Of a stretch of DNA of 64,000 bases, positions 13,231 through 25,718 are shown in pieces. The notes beneath the pieces were generated by a model. It made no database searches, was not told the DNA's origin, and saw only the letters and a program-made list of their open reading frames with translations. The first letter of the stretch is position 1. Each line of letters begins with the position of its first letter. Source of the DNA: Squalus acanthias (Eukaryota); contig CM059433.1 of the NCBI GenBank assembly GCA_030390025.1, forward strand, positions 30,506,001-30,570,000, given 5' to 3'. The position numbers were made by a program, and so were the translations under genes.

Positions 13231-13780
13231 TATCACTCAGTGGTAGTACCCTCGCCTCGGAGTCCATTCCAGGGACTTGAGCACATAATCCAGACTGGCA
13301 GTACTGAGGGTGTGCTGCACTGTCACAGTTGCCGCCTATTGAATGAGACATTAAACTGAGGCCCCATCTGCACTCTCAGGTGGACATAACAGGTCCCATG
13401 ATACTATTTGAAGAAGAGCAGGGGGAGTTCTCCCCAGTGTCCTGGCCAATATTTATCCCTCAACCAACACCTAAAACCTAAAAGGCCTTTGATGACCTCA
13501 GGATGTCCCAAAGCGCTTCACAGCCAATGAAGTACTTTTGAAGAGTAGTCGCTGTGGTAATGTAGGAAACGTGGAAGCCAAATTATGCACAGCAAGCTCC
13601 CACAAACAGCAATGTGATGATGACCGGATAATCTGCTTTCGTAATGTTGGTTGAGGGATAAATATTGGCCAGGACACTGGAGAGAACTCCCCTGCTCTTC
13701 AAATAGTGCCATGGGATCTTTTATGTCCACCTGAGAGAGCAGACGAGGCCTTCGTTTAACATCTCATCTGAAAGACAGAA
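13231..13780. mobile_element. Two partial SINEs in opposite orientation (+13231-13475, -13483-13780)
   Basis: Shared body sequence on opposite strands. Confidence 0.8.
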
Positions 13781-14416
13781 GGAATGTGGTTGAGATCAAT
13801 TATATCTGGGTTTTATAGCGAATTAAACAGAAATTTAGCAGACAAAGTTTCTAATTACCCCTTGCTGCTTAAAATCAAGTGCTCCAAAGTTGCATGGAGG
13901 TTATAGGTGATTTAACTATTTTTATAATGTGATATTTGCAATTCTATTCATAAATTCTACCATCTCACCTTTGACTAGAAACCAGCTATATCCCATGGAC
14001 ACTTTTTTCTGCCCCGAATTATATTCCTTTTGTATCTGCACCAACACTGGATGGAGACGGAACATAAGAAGCCACTGTACAAGAATAGGCCATTTGGCCC
14101 ATCAAGCCTGCTTCTACAATGGACCATGTACAATCTGCTTTACCATGAGTTCCACCTCACCAGTTTAATTTCCTACGGGAAGGATCTGCATAATTATTTC
14201 TCTGATCACCAAACAGAAACAAGAGAAACTCCAGATAAACTATCCACCTGTGCATCTCCATTATTCACACCCTGGTCAGCTGAGCACCACCAGATATTAG
14301 TTGACAGCTATCAGCCCAAGATGTTCCCATGCCAGGAGTGATGACACACAGCAAGGAGGACGGGAGAGAACGGCTATTGTAGGCCGTGGGTCTTCAATTA
14401 GTTTACCAGTGACCCA

Positions 14417-14770
14417 AACAACAACAACTTGCATTTATATAGTGCCTTTGACATAGACAAACGTCCCGAGGCACTTCACAGGAGCGTTATAAAACAAGAT
14501 TTAGCACCGAGCCACATAAGCAGATATTAGGACAGGTGACCAAAAGACTTGATCAAAGAGGTTGGTCTTAAGGAGCCTCTTATGGGGGAGCGAGAGATGG
14601 AGAGGCAGAGAGGTTTAGGGAGGGAATTCCAGAGCTTAGGGCCCAGGCAGCTGAAGGCATGGCTGCCAATGGTGGGCCGAAGGAATTGGGGGATGCACAA
14701 GAGCCAGAATTGGAGGAATGCAGAGTCCTCGTAGAGTTGTGGGGCTGGAGGAGGTTACAGCAATGTGAAG
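14417..14770 (-). mobile_element. L2 LINE 3' end
   Basis: Same family and (caa)n tail as 7440-7905. Confidence 0.8.
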
Positions 14771-14849
14771 GTAGCATTCATAGAATTACATAGAATTTTA
14801 CAGCACAGAAACAGGCCATTCGGCCCATCTGGCCTATGCCGGTGTTTAT

Positions 14850-15957
14850 AAGAACATAAGAACATAAGAAATAGGAGCAGGAGTAGGCCAATCGGCCCTT
14901 CGAGCCTGCTCCGCCATTCAATAAGATCATGGCTGATCTGATCCTCACCTCAAATCTAAAGAACACAAGAAGTAGGAGCAGGACCCGGCCACTCAGCCCC
15001 TGGGCCCGCTATGCCACCCACAGGGCCTCGACCGATCCGAACTCAGCCTCATGTCCAATTTCCTGCCCGCTCCCCGTAACCCCTAATTCCCTTTACTTCT
15101 AGGAAACTGTCTATTTCTGTTTTAAATTTATTTAATGATGTAGCTTCCACAGCTTCCTGGGGCAGCAAATTCCACAGACCTACTACCCTCTGAGTGAAGA
15201 AGTTTCTCCTCATCTCAGTTTTGAAAGAGCAGCCCCTTATTCTAAGATTATGCCCCCTAGTTCTAGTTTCACCCATCCTTGGGAACATCCTTACCGCATC
15301 CATCCGATCAAGCCCCTTCACAATCTTATATGTTTCAATAAGATCGCCTCTCATTCTTCTGAACTCCAATGAGTAGAGTCCCAATCTACTCAACCTCTCC
15401 TCGTATGTCCACCCCCTCATCCCGGGGATTAACCAAGTGAACCTTCTTTGTACTGCCTCGAGAGCAAGTATGTCTTTTCTTAAGTATGGACACCAAAACT
15501 GTATGCAGTATTCCAGATGCGGTCTCACCAGTACCTTATATAACTGTAGCAATACCTCCCTGTTTTTATAATCTATCCCCCTAGCAATAAAAGCCAACAT
15601 TCCGTTGGCCTTCTTGATCACCTGCTGCACTTGCATACTAACTTTTTGATTTTCTTGCACTCGGACCCCCAGATCCCTTTGTACTGCAGTACTTTCCAGT
15701 TTCTCGCCATTAAGATAATAACTTGCTCTCTGATTTTTCCTGCCAAAGTGCATAACCTCACATTTTCCAATATTGTATTGCATCTGCCAAATCTCTGCCC
15801 ACTCACCCAGCTTGTCTATATCCCCTTGTAGGTTTTTTATGTCCTCCTCACTTTCTACTTTCCCTCCCATCTTTGTATCATCTGCAAACTTTGATATGTT
15901 ACACTCGGTCCCCTCCTCCAAATCGTTAATATAGATTGTAAAGAGTTGGGGACCCAT
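14850..15957 (-). mobile_element. Young CR1 3' fragment with uninterrupted RT C-terminal frame and doubled 3' UTR, nested in an older CR1-tail repeat (14777-16015)
   Basis: 314-aa ORF with FADD and LVRPHLEYC; the host repeat ggtgtttat|gctccac is split around it. Confidence 0.92.
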
Positions 15958-16078
15958 TATGCTCCACATGAGCCTCCTTCCACCCTTCTTCATCTAACCC
16001 TATCAGCATAACATTCTGTTTGCGACTTAATGAGCTAAAAGGGCATAATCCCTCATTTCAAGCATCGCCAACACTCAC

Positions 16079-16249
16079 TGTAAAGAATGGTGCCGGTGGA
16101 AGAGGCTGTTTTTATTGTTAGGTACAGTGTCACATCCGTGTCGTCTCCTGTTCCAATATTAAGGTCTGTATCTCTTCTTAATATTGTTGTAAGTGAAGGA
16201 AGCTCCATATAAGCATTTCCATTGAACGACGGGAAAAACAGTGTGATAT
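16079..16249 (-). CDS. EYS: EYS coding exon: start of a laminin-G domain (171 bp, phase 1 to phase 1); missed by the ORF track
   Basis: Reads (D)ITLFFPSFNGNAYMELPSLTTILRRDTDLNIGTGDDTDVTLYLTIKTASSTGTILY; recalled EYS is DAGLFFPSFNGNSYLELP...TIYLTIKTNSLNGTILY. Acceptor ttccatttcag, donor A|gtgagt. Splices in frame to the 38887 donor (G+AT = Asp). Confidence 0.92.
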
Positions 16250-16744
16250 CTGAAATGGAAGAAGTGGCAGATTACACTTTGGCTCCAATAGTTGAGCAAA
16301 AAATACAGCACCATAAAACCTGAAACAAAAGTATATAAATACTGGCATTCCACTCCTAGTCCAATTTTACAGCTGAAAATAACATCTTGGGCCCACAATC
16401 TCAGTCACAAAATCAATCCTTTGGGGATGACAGTAACCTCCTAATCGGAAAAATCATGAGAGTTCATTTCTCTTAAGTAAATCAGCTGCTGGCTCCAAAT
16501 TGAATTCAGATTGCAGATTCCACCTCCTCACCAGTTAGCCTTCTTGTTGCCGGCAAAGAAGCTTAAAATCTGTGGCACAAGACTCAATTTACTTTAACAG
16601 CAGCTATTGGTTAGTAGCTGAGGAACAATAATGACACGCTTTCAATTCCCACACAACTTTTTTTTAAACTCTGCATGAATATCTAGCTCACTGCATGTGA
16701 TATGTTGTTCTAGTGTCAGCTGTGGCTTAGTTGGTAGCATGTAA

Positions 16745-17116
16745 GACGTCCCAAAGCACTTTACAGACAATTAAGTACTTTTGAAGTGTAGTCGCTGTTG
16801 TAATGTAGGAAACGCGGGAGCTAATTTGCGCACAGCAAGCTCCCACAAACAGCAATGTGCTAATGACCAGATAATCTGTTTTAGTGATGTTGGTTGCGCA
16901 ATAAATATAGGCCAGGACATCAAGGAGGACCCCGCTGCTCTTCTTTGAATAGTGCCATGGAATCTTTTACGTCTCATTCGAATGACAGCAGCTCTGACAG
17001 TGCAGCACTCCCTCAGTACTGCACTGGAGTGTAGGCCTAGATTATTTGCTTAGGATTCTGAAGTGGAGTGTGAACGCATGACCTTTTGACTCAGAGGTGA
17101 GAGTGCTCCCAATGAG
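16745..17116 (-). mobile_element. SINE, near full length
   Basis: Same family body and head. Confidence 0.8.
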
Positions 17117-18097
17117 CAAACATTCACACAGGTATGTGCACACCTAGTGTATTGTATGCTGTGTATTGTCCTGCGATTGACTTTTCAGAACTGGTGTAGC
17201 AACAAAATGAAAACATTCTGCTCGCTGGTGCGCTGCCGGATTCACCGGCACAGATTTTACCGCCACAGCAAGATTGGCAGTTGACGCGGGGAATCTCACC
17301 GTCTCGCGTGCCGATCTCACCAATGGTAACTTGCTCCTAATTTGGCCAGTTTTCTAATTACAATACACCACAGCGAGCATAACGGCCAATCAGGCACTCG
17401 GAGCCGATCTAGCAGCTGTAGTATCAGCACATTCACCATCCCGAGCCGGGGGGGCTCTCAGTGAACGGAAGAGTAACTTCTTAAATAAACCTTACAATTA
17501 TTTGAAGCTCTAGTGTCCCTTTTTGAGTTTCCAGATTTGCGTCAGTGTCACTGCTATGTGCAATCTGTTTATCCAGACCACTCCAAGTCACCACATTATA
17601 AAATACTTATAATTTAGGATAAAATAATTATTGACTTTTATTTTCGTGGATTACGATGGCATAAACTGAGCTAAGCAAGCTAACCTCGAGTTTTTCTCTT
17701 TTTGACAAGTTTTGGGTTTGCTCAAGGCTGAAGATCGCAAATGATTGCGGACAGTAAAAATGTACACAATGACATGTGGACATTCTTCTCAGTAGATGGG
17801 ATTGAAATGTTTTTAGGTTCAATTTACTCAGAGCCGATTGAAACAATAGTGATTAAGAAGCTAATTAGACGGATTAGAAAAAATGTGTTTGTTGTGGTAG
17901 TGTCTTTAGTGAGGCTGACGATTGTGGGGGAGACAGAGAAGGGATCATTTAAATTCTGAAAATGATCTCATAAATAGAATGGGCTAAGGACATACGATGT
18001 GGCAATATTAAAATTGATAATCCCAGGTGCATGAGGTGGATACTCAAAGATCCCAGTTGTTTAATCTTTGCAACAGTAATACATTTTTAGCTACTGG

Positions 18098-18888
18098 GGG
18101 CGCGATCTTGCTGCTGGGAAAATGGCAGAATTTGGGGGTGGGTGCCCAACCCGCCCCTATGCCATCTTGCCAGGAGGTGGGTAGCCGACCCGTGCCAGGT
18201 CCCCTCTCCTTGGAGGCGGGAAGGGATTAAAGCCTATTAACTGCCTGTTAACAGGTAGTTAATGGGCAGAAAATAGGATTATCCCCTTTTTGCCCTCACA
18301 AGTGCAGGCTTCCCGAAGGCTCCGAAACCCGCCAGGTCACCGAGGCGAGTAGGGAGTCTGCGGGGTCCAAATGTGTGCTGTGGAGGTGAGTGATGGGTGC
18401 AAGTGTGGAGAGGTGAGTATCTGAGGTAAGTGCAAAGTGTTAGAAAAATGTACTTACCTTTGTTTCTTCCTGCAGGCTTCAGTCGGTGTGTATACGGAGA
18501 GTCTCGGACCTCTGCAGTAGAGATGACAGATGACTGTTGCATTCTCCAATGCAACAACCATCTCATTTCTGCAAAAGAAAGCTGTTTGATGAGGTCTTGA
18601 ATGCAAGACCTCATCAAACAACATAGAATGTCAGTGTTTGACAGCTTCACAGAGCTGTCAAACGATGACAATTCATCTGTCAAAAATCTTTGACAGATGA
18701 AACGTCATACGTTGACGTTCTCTGTAACCGGCTTTCCCTTAATTGGCCTGCTAAGCCCACTGGGTGGGCTTAACAAGGTCAATCAAGGGAAAATAGCGTG
18801 GGTTGGCCAGAAGTCGATGGAGGTGGGATTAAAACCCGACAAGTGGGAGTTCCGCCTCCAAAAGCTCCCCATTGAGAAAATCACCCCC
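18098..18888. mobile_element. Probable Harbinger-type MITE with internal hairpins
   Basis: Imperfect TIRs gggcgcgatctt / aaaatcaccccc, tgg on both sides, GC-rich subterminal regions. Confidence 0.55.
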
Positions 18889-21096
18889 TGGGATTTTAAA
18901 CCCGAACTTGGAGCAATAAATCACGCTGCTGCCAGGGCACTTAGACCATTATTTCTCAGTCTAAATGGTTGCGGTGTGAAAACTGGTTTAAATACAGGAA
19001 AATCGCAAGTGCCATTGATTTTAATGGGGGTGGAGCTATGATAATGAACCTTCACACTGTTTTCAGCTCGGGTAATGGTGGAGCGGTGCAAATGTCCCAG
19101 GAAAAAACGGAATGGTGTAATTAACGGCGTAAGTCACTCACTCCATAACTTCCTCATTGTTTTACACTGTTCAAGGATCCCTATGACATAGATACGCCTA
19201 TACAATGGCACAAGTCCCCAGGAAAATCTGGGCCAATGTTTAAGCAGCAGCCACATTACCGGCCTCTTTAACTGTGGACAGTTTTGCTCAGTGGACTCAC
19301 AAATAGAATTACTCCAATGGAGAAGCAAAGTGTGTTTGCTTCAAATGTGTTGTGCTTATTATTCTACCATTGATGCTTGAGAAAGCTATTTCTTTTATTG
19401 TGAGCATCAGCTCAGGATTGAGATCCACAGTGAAGGATACCACTAAGGTTGAAAAGAGGATGAAAGAAGAGGTCTAGTTTGAAGTGAGATGTGCTTTTGT
19501 CATGGTAACTATAAAGGAAGAGCTTGCATTTATATAATAATGTGCCGAGACACAAGAAAAAGACTGTAACTGTGTGAGAAGGATTGAATGCTGGAGGAGA
19601 GAAGAGTGGCTGCTATATTGAACTTTGATAGAGATGCTGGAAAAAAAACACTTCAAATAGATGGGATCCACATTCAGATCTTTGGCATTATAGAGAGTTC
19701 AGAGCGGTTGAGGTGGAACAGTAAATATTGGGCACAAAAGAGAACATTGAACTTTGATTGGATAAAATAAGTAAGGTCTGTTTGAGAGCAGAGCAAATAA
19801 CAAGGGCAAGATGTCAGTATAGTAAGAAGGATAGCAGGTGGATCCTCCAAAGGTAACATGTGGTACCTGTTGGTCAGACATCCATGAACCAAGAGGCAAC
19901 TGTGGCTTCAGAGAACTGAAAGAAACCAGATTTGCAACCTCCCATTGATTTAACATGGAGGAGTTCAAGATGTAGGGATTGTACAAAGTGTACTGATCGA
20001 TGTATGAAGGTGGAGGAATGATACTGTTACATCCTAGGTTTATCAATCACTTCAAGAGCTAACTCAACAACCTTTATGGGGGTAACGATGGTTAAAGCCA
20101 CTAGGGAGACAAAGAGAGAAAAGATTATCATCTCATCACTCTGGGCAGAATTCATATCTAGATCCCGGAAGTGAAAGTTCTTCCTGTGTAACTTGCTCCC
20201 TTCATGTTTTATTCATCTTTGATGGAAGTGTGTAGCAGTTCATTTTTCCTGCAACTGTATGAAATTAAACTCAATTGTATTGTGAAGGCGTTCAAAGGTA
20301 TTCAGTGATCAGCAGGTTAACTCTGAAATACCCACATGTATTGGCATACGAATATATGAGCAATGTTGACCTTTTAGTTAATCCAATCAACTGCTGTCAC
20401 CTGTTTCAGAGCAATTTTACAACCTTATCCTCATTCGCTCTTTGTGTATCTCTCTTGTTAACTCAACTTCTGCAGCTTTTATTTAAAGATAAACAACTTA
20501 AAATGCTCCCATCCCTGCCGCGTGCAGTGCTGACCCCGGTTTACAGTGTGTTCCGGGTCCAACGGCACTCTGATTGAAATTTCACACAGAAAGGAAGTCA
20601 GCTCAAACTGAATAATAATTCTATCAACTCCGTGCTAAGTGAATGAAATGTTCAGAGCAGCGAGCATCACACAAGTGGCAACTGTAAACCTACCCACTAA
20701 TTCAGACATTATTACACAAGGGAAATCTCAACATACTGGCTGACAAGCTTCCCTTCCCACCTTTTCACCCAACGCTGATTGATCAAAGGACATAGTCCTC
20801 TTAACATGTTGGCACTTTTGAAGTTGCCGTGTATATGGTGACTATTTATGTATTTGGTCAGATTATTGTTTCTTTTCTTTTCGTGCTGGATACCTTTCTC
20901 CCCGCTCCAATGCAGTAGGAATGACATGGAGGCCAGTGGGCCGGAACGGGACTTTGGGCGGGATGGCTCGCAGCCAATTTTCTCCCCTCCTTCTCCTTTC
21001 CTGAAGGCATTGTTCGATCGCTGGGGTACACTTCAATGGTAGAGGAAGCTTTACTCTGCACTTGGCCATGCTATACTAGTTTGAGAGTATCTGTAG

Positions 21097-21500
21097 GTGT
21101 CAGCTGTGGCTCAGTGGGTAGCACTCTCGCCTCAGGTCGCGGGTTCGAGTCCCACTCCAGGTACTTGAGCATGTAATCCAGCCGGACACTCCAGTGCAGT
21201 ACTGAGGGAGTGCTGCACTGTCGGCCCTCTCAGGTGGACGTGAAAGATCCCACGGCACTATTCTGAAGAAGAGCGGAGGAGTTCTCCCTGGCCAATATTT
21301 ATTGCTCAACCAACAGGTTATCTGGTCATTATCTCATTGCAGTTCGTGGGAGCTTGCTGTGCGTAAATTGGCTGCCACATTTCCTACATTACAACAGTGA
21401 CTACACTTCAAAAGTACTTCATTGGCTGTAAAGCGCCTTGGGACGTCCTGAGGTCGTAAAAGGCGCTATAGAATTACAAGTTCTTTCTTTTCTATTTCTT
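21097..21500 (+). mobile_element. SINE with internal deletions
   Basis: B-box ggttcgagtcc, family body and tail. Confidence 0.85.
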
Positions 21501-21662
21501 TCTGATGAGGCGTGATGTGCAGTTCTCCTCGGGAAAATGTAATAATCACAGGCTGAGCAAACGTTGTTTCGCAGCTCCAGTCAGCCGGCCTTGCAACAGC
21601 AATGATAAGAAGCCTAGAGAGATGTGGCTTGCCTGCTCGCTCTCTTGTTAGGGAACTGCGTG

Positions 21663-22280
21663 CAGGGCCGGCCTTATGGGTGGGCAACTGCCCGGGGCGC
21701 TGTGATCGGGGGGTGGGCAACGTGGTCAAAAGGGTCTGACATTAACGGCATCGAGCTCTATGAAAAACTTGGCTCTCTCCGAAGTCTGCTTCCAATGGGT
21801 TGTAGTGGTCCTCAAAAAGAGCAAACTTCAAGTTTCAAGAGCAAGTTTCAAAACACATGGATAGCACTCAGGATCCTGTTAACCCTGCCTGTATTGGTGG
21901 TGAGCAGCGAATAGAGCTTCTCGAAGTTGAAGCTCGTAAAAGCATATTTGCGCTCGACCATGGGAGACGACAGGCTATCTTCACTGGTCATCCTGTCTAT
22001 CGAGAATGATGTGGCTCAAAATATCTTGGTAAACAAAGTTTTTATTTGTTATTGTTATTTTTTAGTTTAGTGTTTAATTTAATGTTTAGTCTATTTGTCA
22101 CTAAACTATAATTTTATTTGTTGTTACTTATATCGTTTATAATTTAAATTATAAACATTTTTTTGAGATTACATCTTTATTTCCAAAACTTTCACTAATA
22201 GTACGACATGCTTAAACTCAAAGAGAGGGTGCCAAAATACAAGTTTGCCCAGAGCGCCATTTTCCCTAAGGCCAGCCCTG
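21663..22280 (+). mobile_element. Non-autonomous hAT (Tip100-like) DNA transposon deletion derivative
   Basis: TIRs cagggccggcctta / taaggccagccctg, 8-bp TSD actgcgtg (21655-21662, 22281-22288), internal hAT dimerisation remnant IALRILLTLPV..SSE*SFSKLKLVKAYLRSTMGDDRLSSLVILSIEND. Confidence 0.92.
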
Positions 22281-23279
22281 ACTGCGTGCGGCATTGCGAG
22301 GTGAAGGAGGGCCTTGATGAGGGAGAAAAAAAGAAAAGAGGGTTAGACGAAGTAGGGTGGGAGGAGGCTCGTGTGGAGCATAAACACCGACATAGACCTG
22401 TTGGGCCGAATGGCCTGTTTGCGTGCTGTAAATTCGATGTAAAAATAAACAAGAGAAGAAAAAAAAAAGGAGGAAATGGCCGCCTTCGGAAACAGCTGTT
22501 TTGCTAAGTGGCGGAATGAAGTTTAGTTTTCCTTCACAGTCCTGCCACTTCTACTGACCTTCAGCTCCTCTGACCTTGTGGCTCTATGTTATCTTACTTG
22601 CAGGTTGTGGGCTTAAGTGATTGTTACCAAGAAGGAAGAAACAGCCCAGCCCCTTCCAGCAGTCATTCTTTTAATCAAACACATCTCATAAATCAAATTT
22701 ACAACTTTTAGAGCTCAATCAATAGGGTATTTTAGTCTCCAACAAAATTATCTGTAAGGATGCAGTAAAGTTACAACTGGGAGATCAGATGCACGTACAA
22801 GCTCGGTGTCCTACTGGGCCTGATGGGATTAGTCTGTCAATTTTAACAATGAATGATCCATCCCTAGACTGCAATAGGTTTATGAAGACTGCGAGGTACA
22901 TTGCTAATGAAGCATTCTAGGAAGTCAGGATCAATACCGTCCTAGGCCAAGCTATTTCGTGCTCCATTTCTTCAACAAAGTTCACTTAATTCATCATGTG
23001 ACTATCAGTGTGCTTCTGGCTGAACTCCAATTAGATGGCTGCCAAGAACATTAAGAACTCGAATTTGGAATTAAAGAAGAATGAACTTGCATTTCTATAG
23101 CGCCTTTCACATCCTCAGGATGTCCCAAGGTGCTTTACAGCCAATGAAGTACTTTTTGCAGCGTAGTCATTGTTGTAATGTAGGCAACGTGGCAGCCGAT
23201 TTGTGCGTCACAAGGTCCCACAAACAGCAAAAGGATAACTACAACAACAACTTGTGCTTCTGCTCCTCCTGGCTCCACA

Positions 23280-23591
23280 TGCAGAAAAGAAAATTAAACT
23301 TACCTTTTCGCTGGCGGCTGCTTCCTAGTCCGCATCCAGGCCCAGAACACCTGAGCAGAACAGGCCCGAATTGGCAGCCCAATTTCTCAGAAGGGACCAA
23401 AAACGGGCATTAGGTCCCTCATTAGTGTATGCAAGGGGCCTAGCGCCTGTCTTAAGCAGCTGCCTTGGATGCCTGAAAATCATTTGAGGCCAATATGGCG
23501 GCGGACAGTCTTCAGGCGTCCTTGGGGCCCAGGTCATAAGCCCTGTAAAATCGTTCCAGAAAATGGGCATAACGATGACCAATTTCAACCT
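23280..23591. mobile_element. One arm of a Harbinger-type MITE
   Basis: GC-rich, atttgcat-type motif, ends in TIR-like ccaatttcaacc. Confidence 0.35.
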
Positions 23592-24769
23592 CTCTGTATC
23601 AAACTATTCCACAGCCAGCAAGGTAAATGATCTCAAGCATCTGGAAAAGGTGCATTTGAGCTATTTTTGCCATGCAGTTTCATCACCAAGTACTGCAAGT
23701 CAAATGGAGCATGGCCTGATGCAGAATCAAGTCCCCTCTAAACCAATAATGTGCTTCAACCGAAGGAGAGTATTCCCACACAATATACAGCACCATTGTG
23801 ACATTCTTATTTTCTACTTCAATCATCCTTCTGACCTTTATGAATAAGATCAACAGTCTAGACAAAGTTAAGGCCAGTTTTGTTCTGCAGACTCGCACAC
23901 TAGGGAGTAAGCTAAGGCTGCCCAATGCTTTTTATTGAAGGCATTAAAAGGCCAAGAGAAGAATGGAACATTTGTACTACTGGCCCAACCCAAGCCTCAG
24001 AGGAGAAATAAAATGTTTTAACCAACTGTGCTGCCAGTCCCCTAAAAGGTCCCTACCTTTAATTGGTTTGACAATCAGTAAATAATGGATATTACGGGAA
24101 GGCATTCCACCCAGCTCTCTTTACAAGGGTTTTAGTTCTCAAGACTGTCTCCTTTTTAAGGTTACTAGGCCTTGGGTCCTAAATTTAGTGTTATATTTTA
24201 CATACGGTAACAGGAAATTCACTGCCTCACACACCTCATTATGACATGCAAAATGCTCAACTCCAGAAGACTGTGGTATAACGAGGGTGGAATGTATCTG
24301 GAAGCCAATTTGCTTTCTTCGAGCCGCGTTAGATCTTTCTGATCATTTCTATATTACGAACTTCCCGTCCCCAAACTCATGACTCTTTTCCTTGCTGTAC
24401 AGCCATAACAAGAGTGGTCAAATGAGTATGCTCATTACTGTGGGTCAGCTTATCTATGACAAAATGCAAATACACACAATTTGCCAGAGTGGTGCGAGGG
24501 TATGGATTTTTTTTTAAATCAACATTTTCCTTGCAGGCTATGTAATAAAGCTCAGAGGAAGTATCTCAATACTTGATCTGCCTCATTATGTGAAAGCTCT
24601 CCTGGGAGTAATGCAAATGAGTAATCTCCGAATATAGGAGTCCGGCTATTTTGCCACAACGTCTGGGGAAAAAAAGAGCAGCATTTCCGAGAGGGAGCTT
24701 AATCGACTGTAAATTAGCAGCAACAGCACAAGTGATAGAAGCCACGGCGATACAGAAGAAGACTGCGCG

Positions 24770-24799
24770 TGCTGCTGCTGATGATGATGATGATGATGA
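24770..24799 (+). repeat. (GCT)n(GAT)n microsatellite
   Basis: Directly visible. Confidence 0.9.
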
Positions 24800-25718
24800 A
24801 ACATAAAAAAAGGCCAATTAACTGTCACTATTTTTTGAGCACTGTGTTCTCAGGATGCCTGGCAGATCCCTCTGAGCTTTGTTAAAGAAGCGCTAGATTA
24901 GGTCAGGGACTTCCCCTAATGTGAGTAGAGCTCACCACAAGCATGCCAAGTAAGACTTTATCACATCAAAAAAAATTGCTTAGAATAATTTGAAGAGTCT
25001 AATTCTTCACTTTCCTATAGATAATGTTAATTGTAAATTGTGGATTATCCACCATGTAAAATGGACTAAATGAAAGGTAATAGCTCTTCAGCTAAATTAT
25101 CCATCAAACTAATTATCTCAGTTTATTGGGAAGGAAGAATTGTTTTCTGAATAGCAATGTGCAGAATGGTTTTAAATATTCCATGGGCTTCTCGTGAAGA
25201 CCAATTATACGGCACACAGCTAGAGTCAGTGCAAAACGTTTTAGCTTTCAACTGAAATGAAATGGGCAATCTTGGAAGTCGGCACTAAAACGTTGTAGCT
25301 ATATTTCTGCTACCACACTCACAGCCAGAAAGGCTCCAACACAGGTAGTGGTGCATGGTTAAAAATGGTCCCCAAACTGTGCAGGATAACGTGACCATGA
25401 AGTCACCACAATGGGCGTTAGGCAGGGGCGGTGAGATGACTATACACTGGCGAAAGGATAACTGTAAACTGGTGTGAGCCGAAGTTTAGAAAGTTCCCAG
25501 GCAGTCAACTGGGCTTCATTTTCTTTTAAATGGTGGCCAAAGGCTGAGGGGACAATTGTCTTTCTGCTAACATTAATATTTAACTTGCATTTGGATGTTG
25601 TTGAGCAGAGACCAGAACATGTGTGCACGCACAGAGCTCCCTTTTCTATGATCAGAGAAAATATGGGTTTGGCTACCACATTGTTTTGATTAGGTACTGA
25701 CCTAAAACGGGTACCTGT

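Noticed and set aside
1..16000. Next downstream EYS exon (FLHLFL...GCG region)
   Set aside because: Not found by eye; it probably lies outside the window, although I may have missed it.
24566..24828. ORFs with poly-His or poly-Ser runs
   Set aside because: Translations of the (GAT)n microsatellite.
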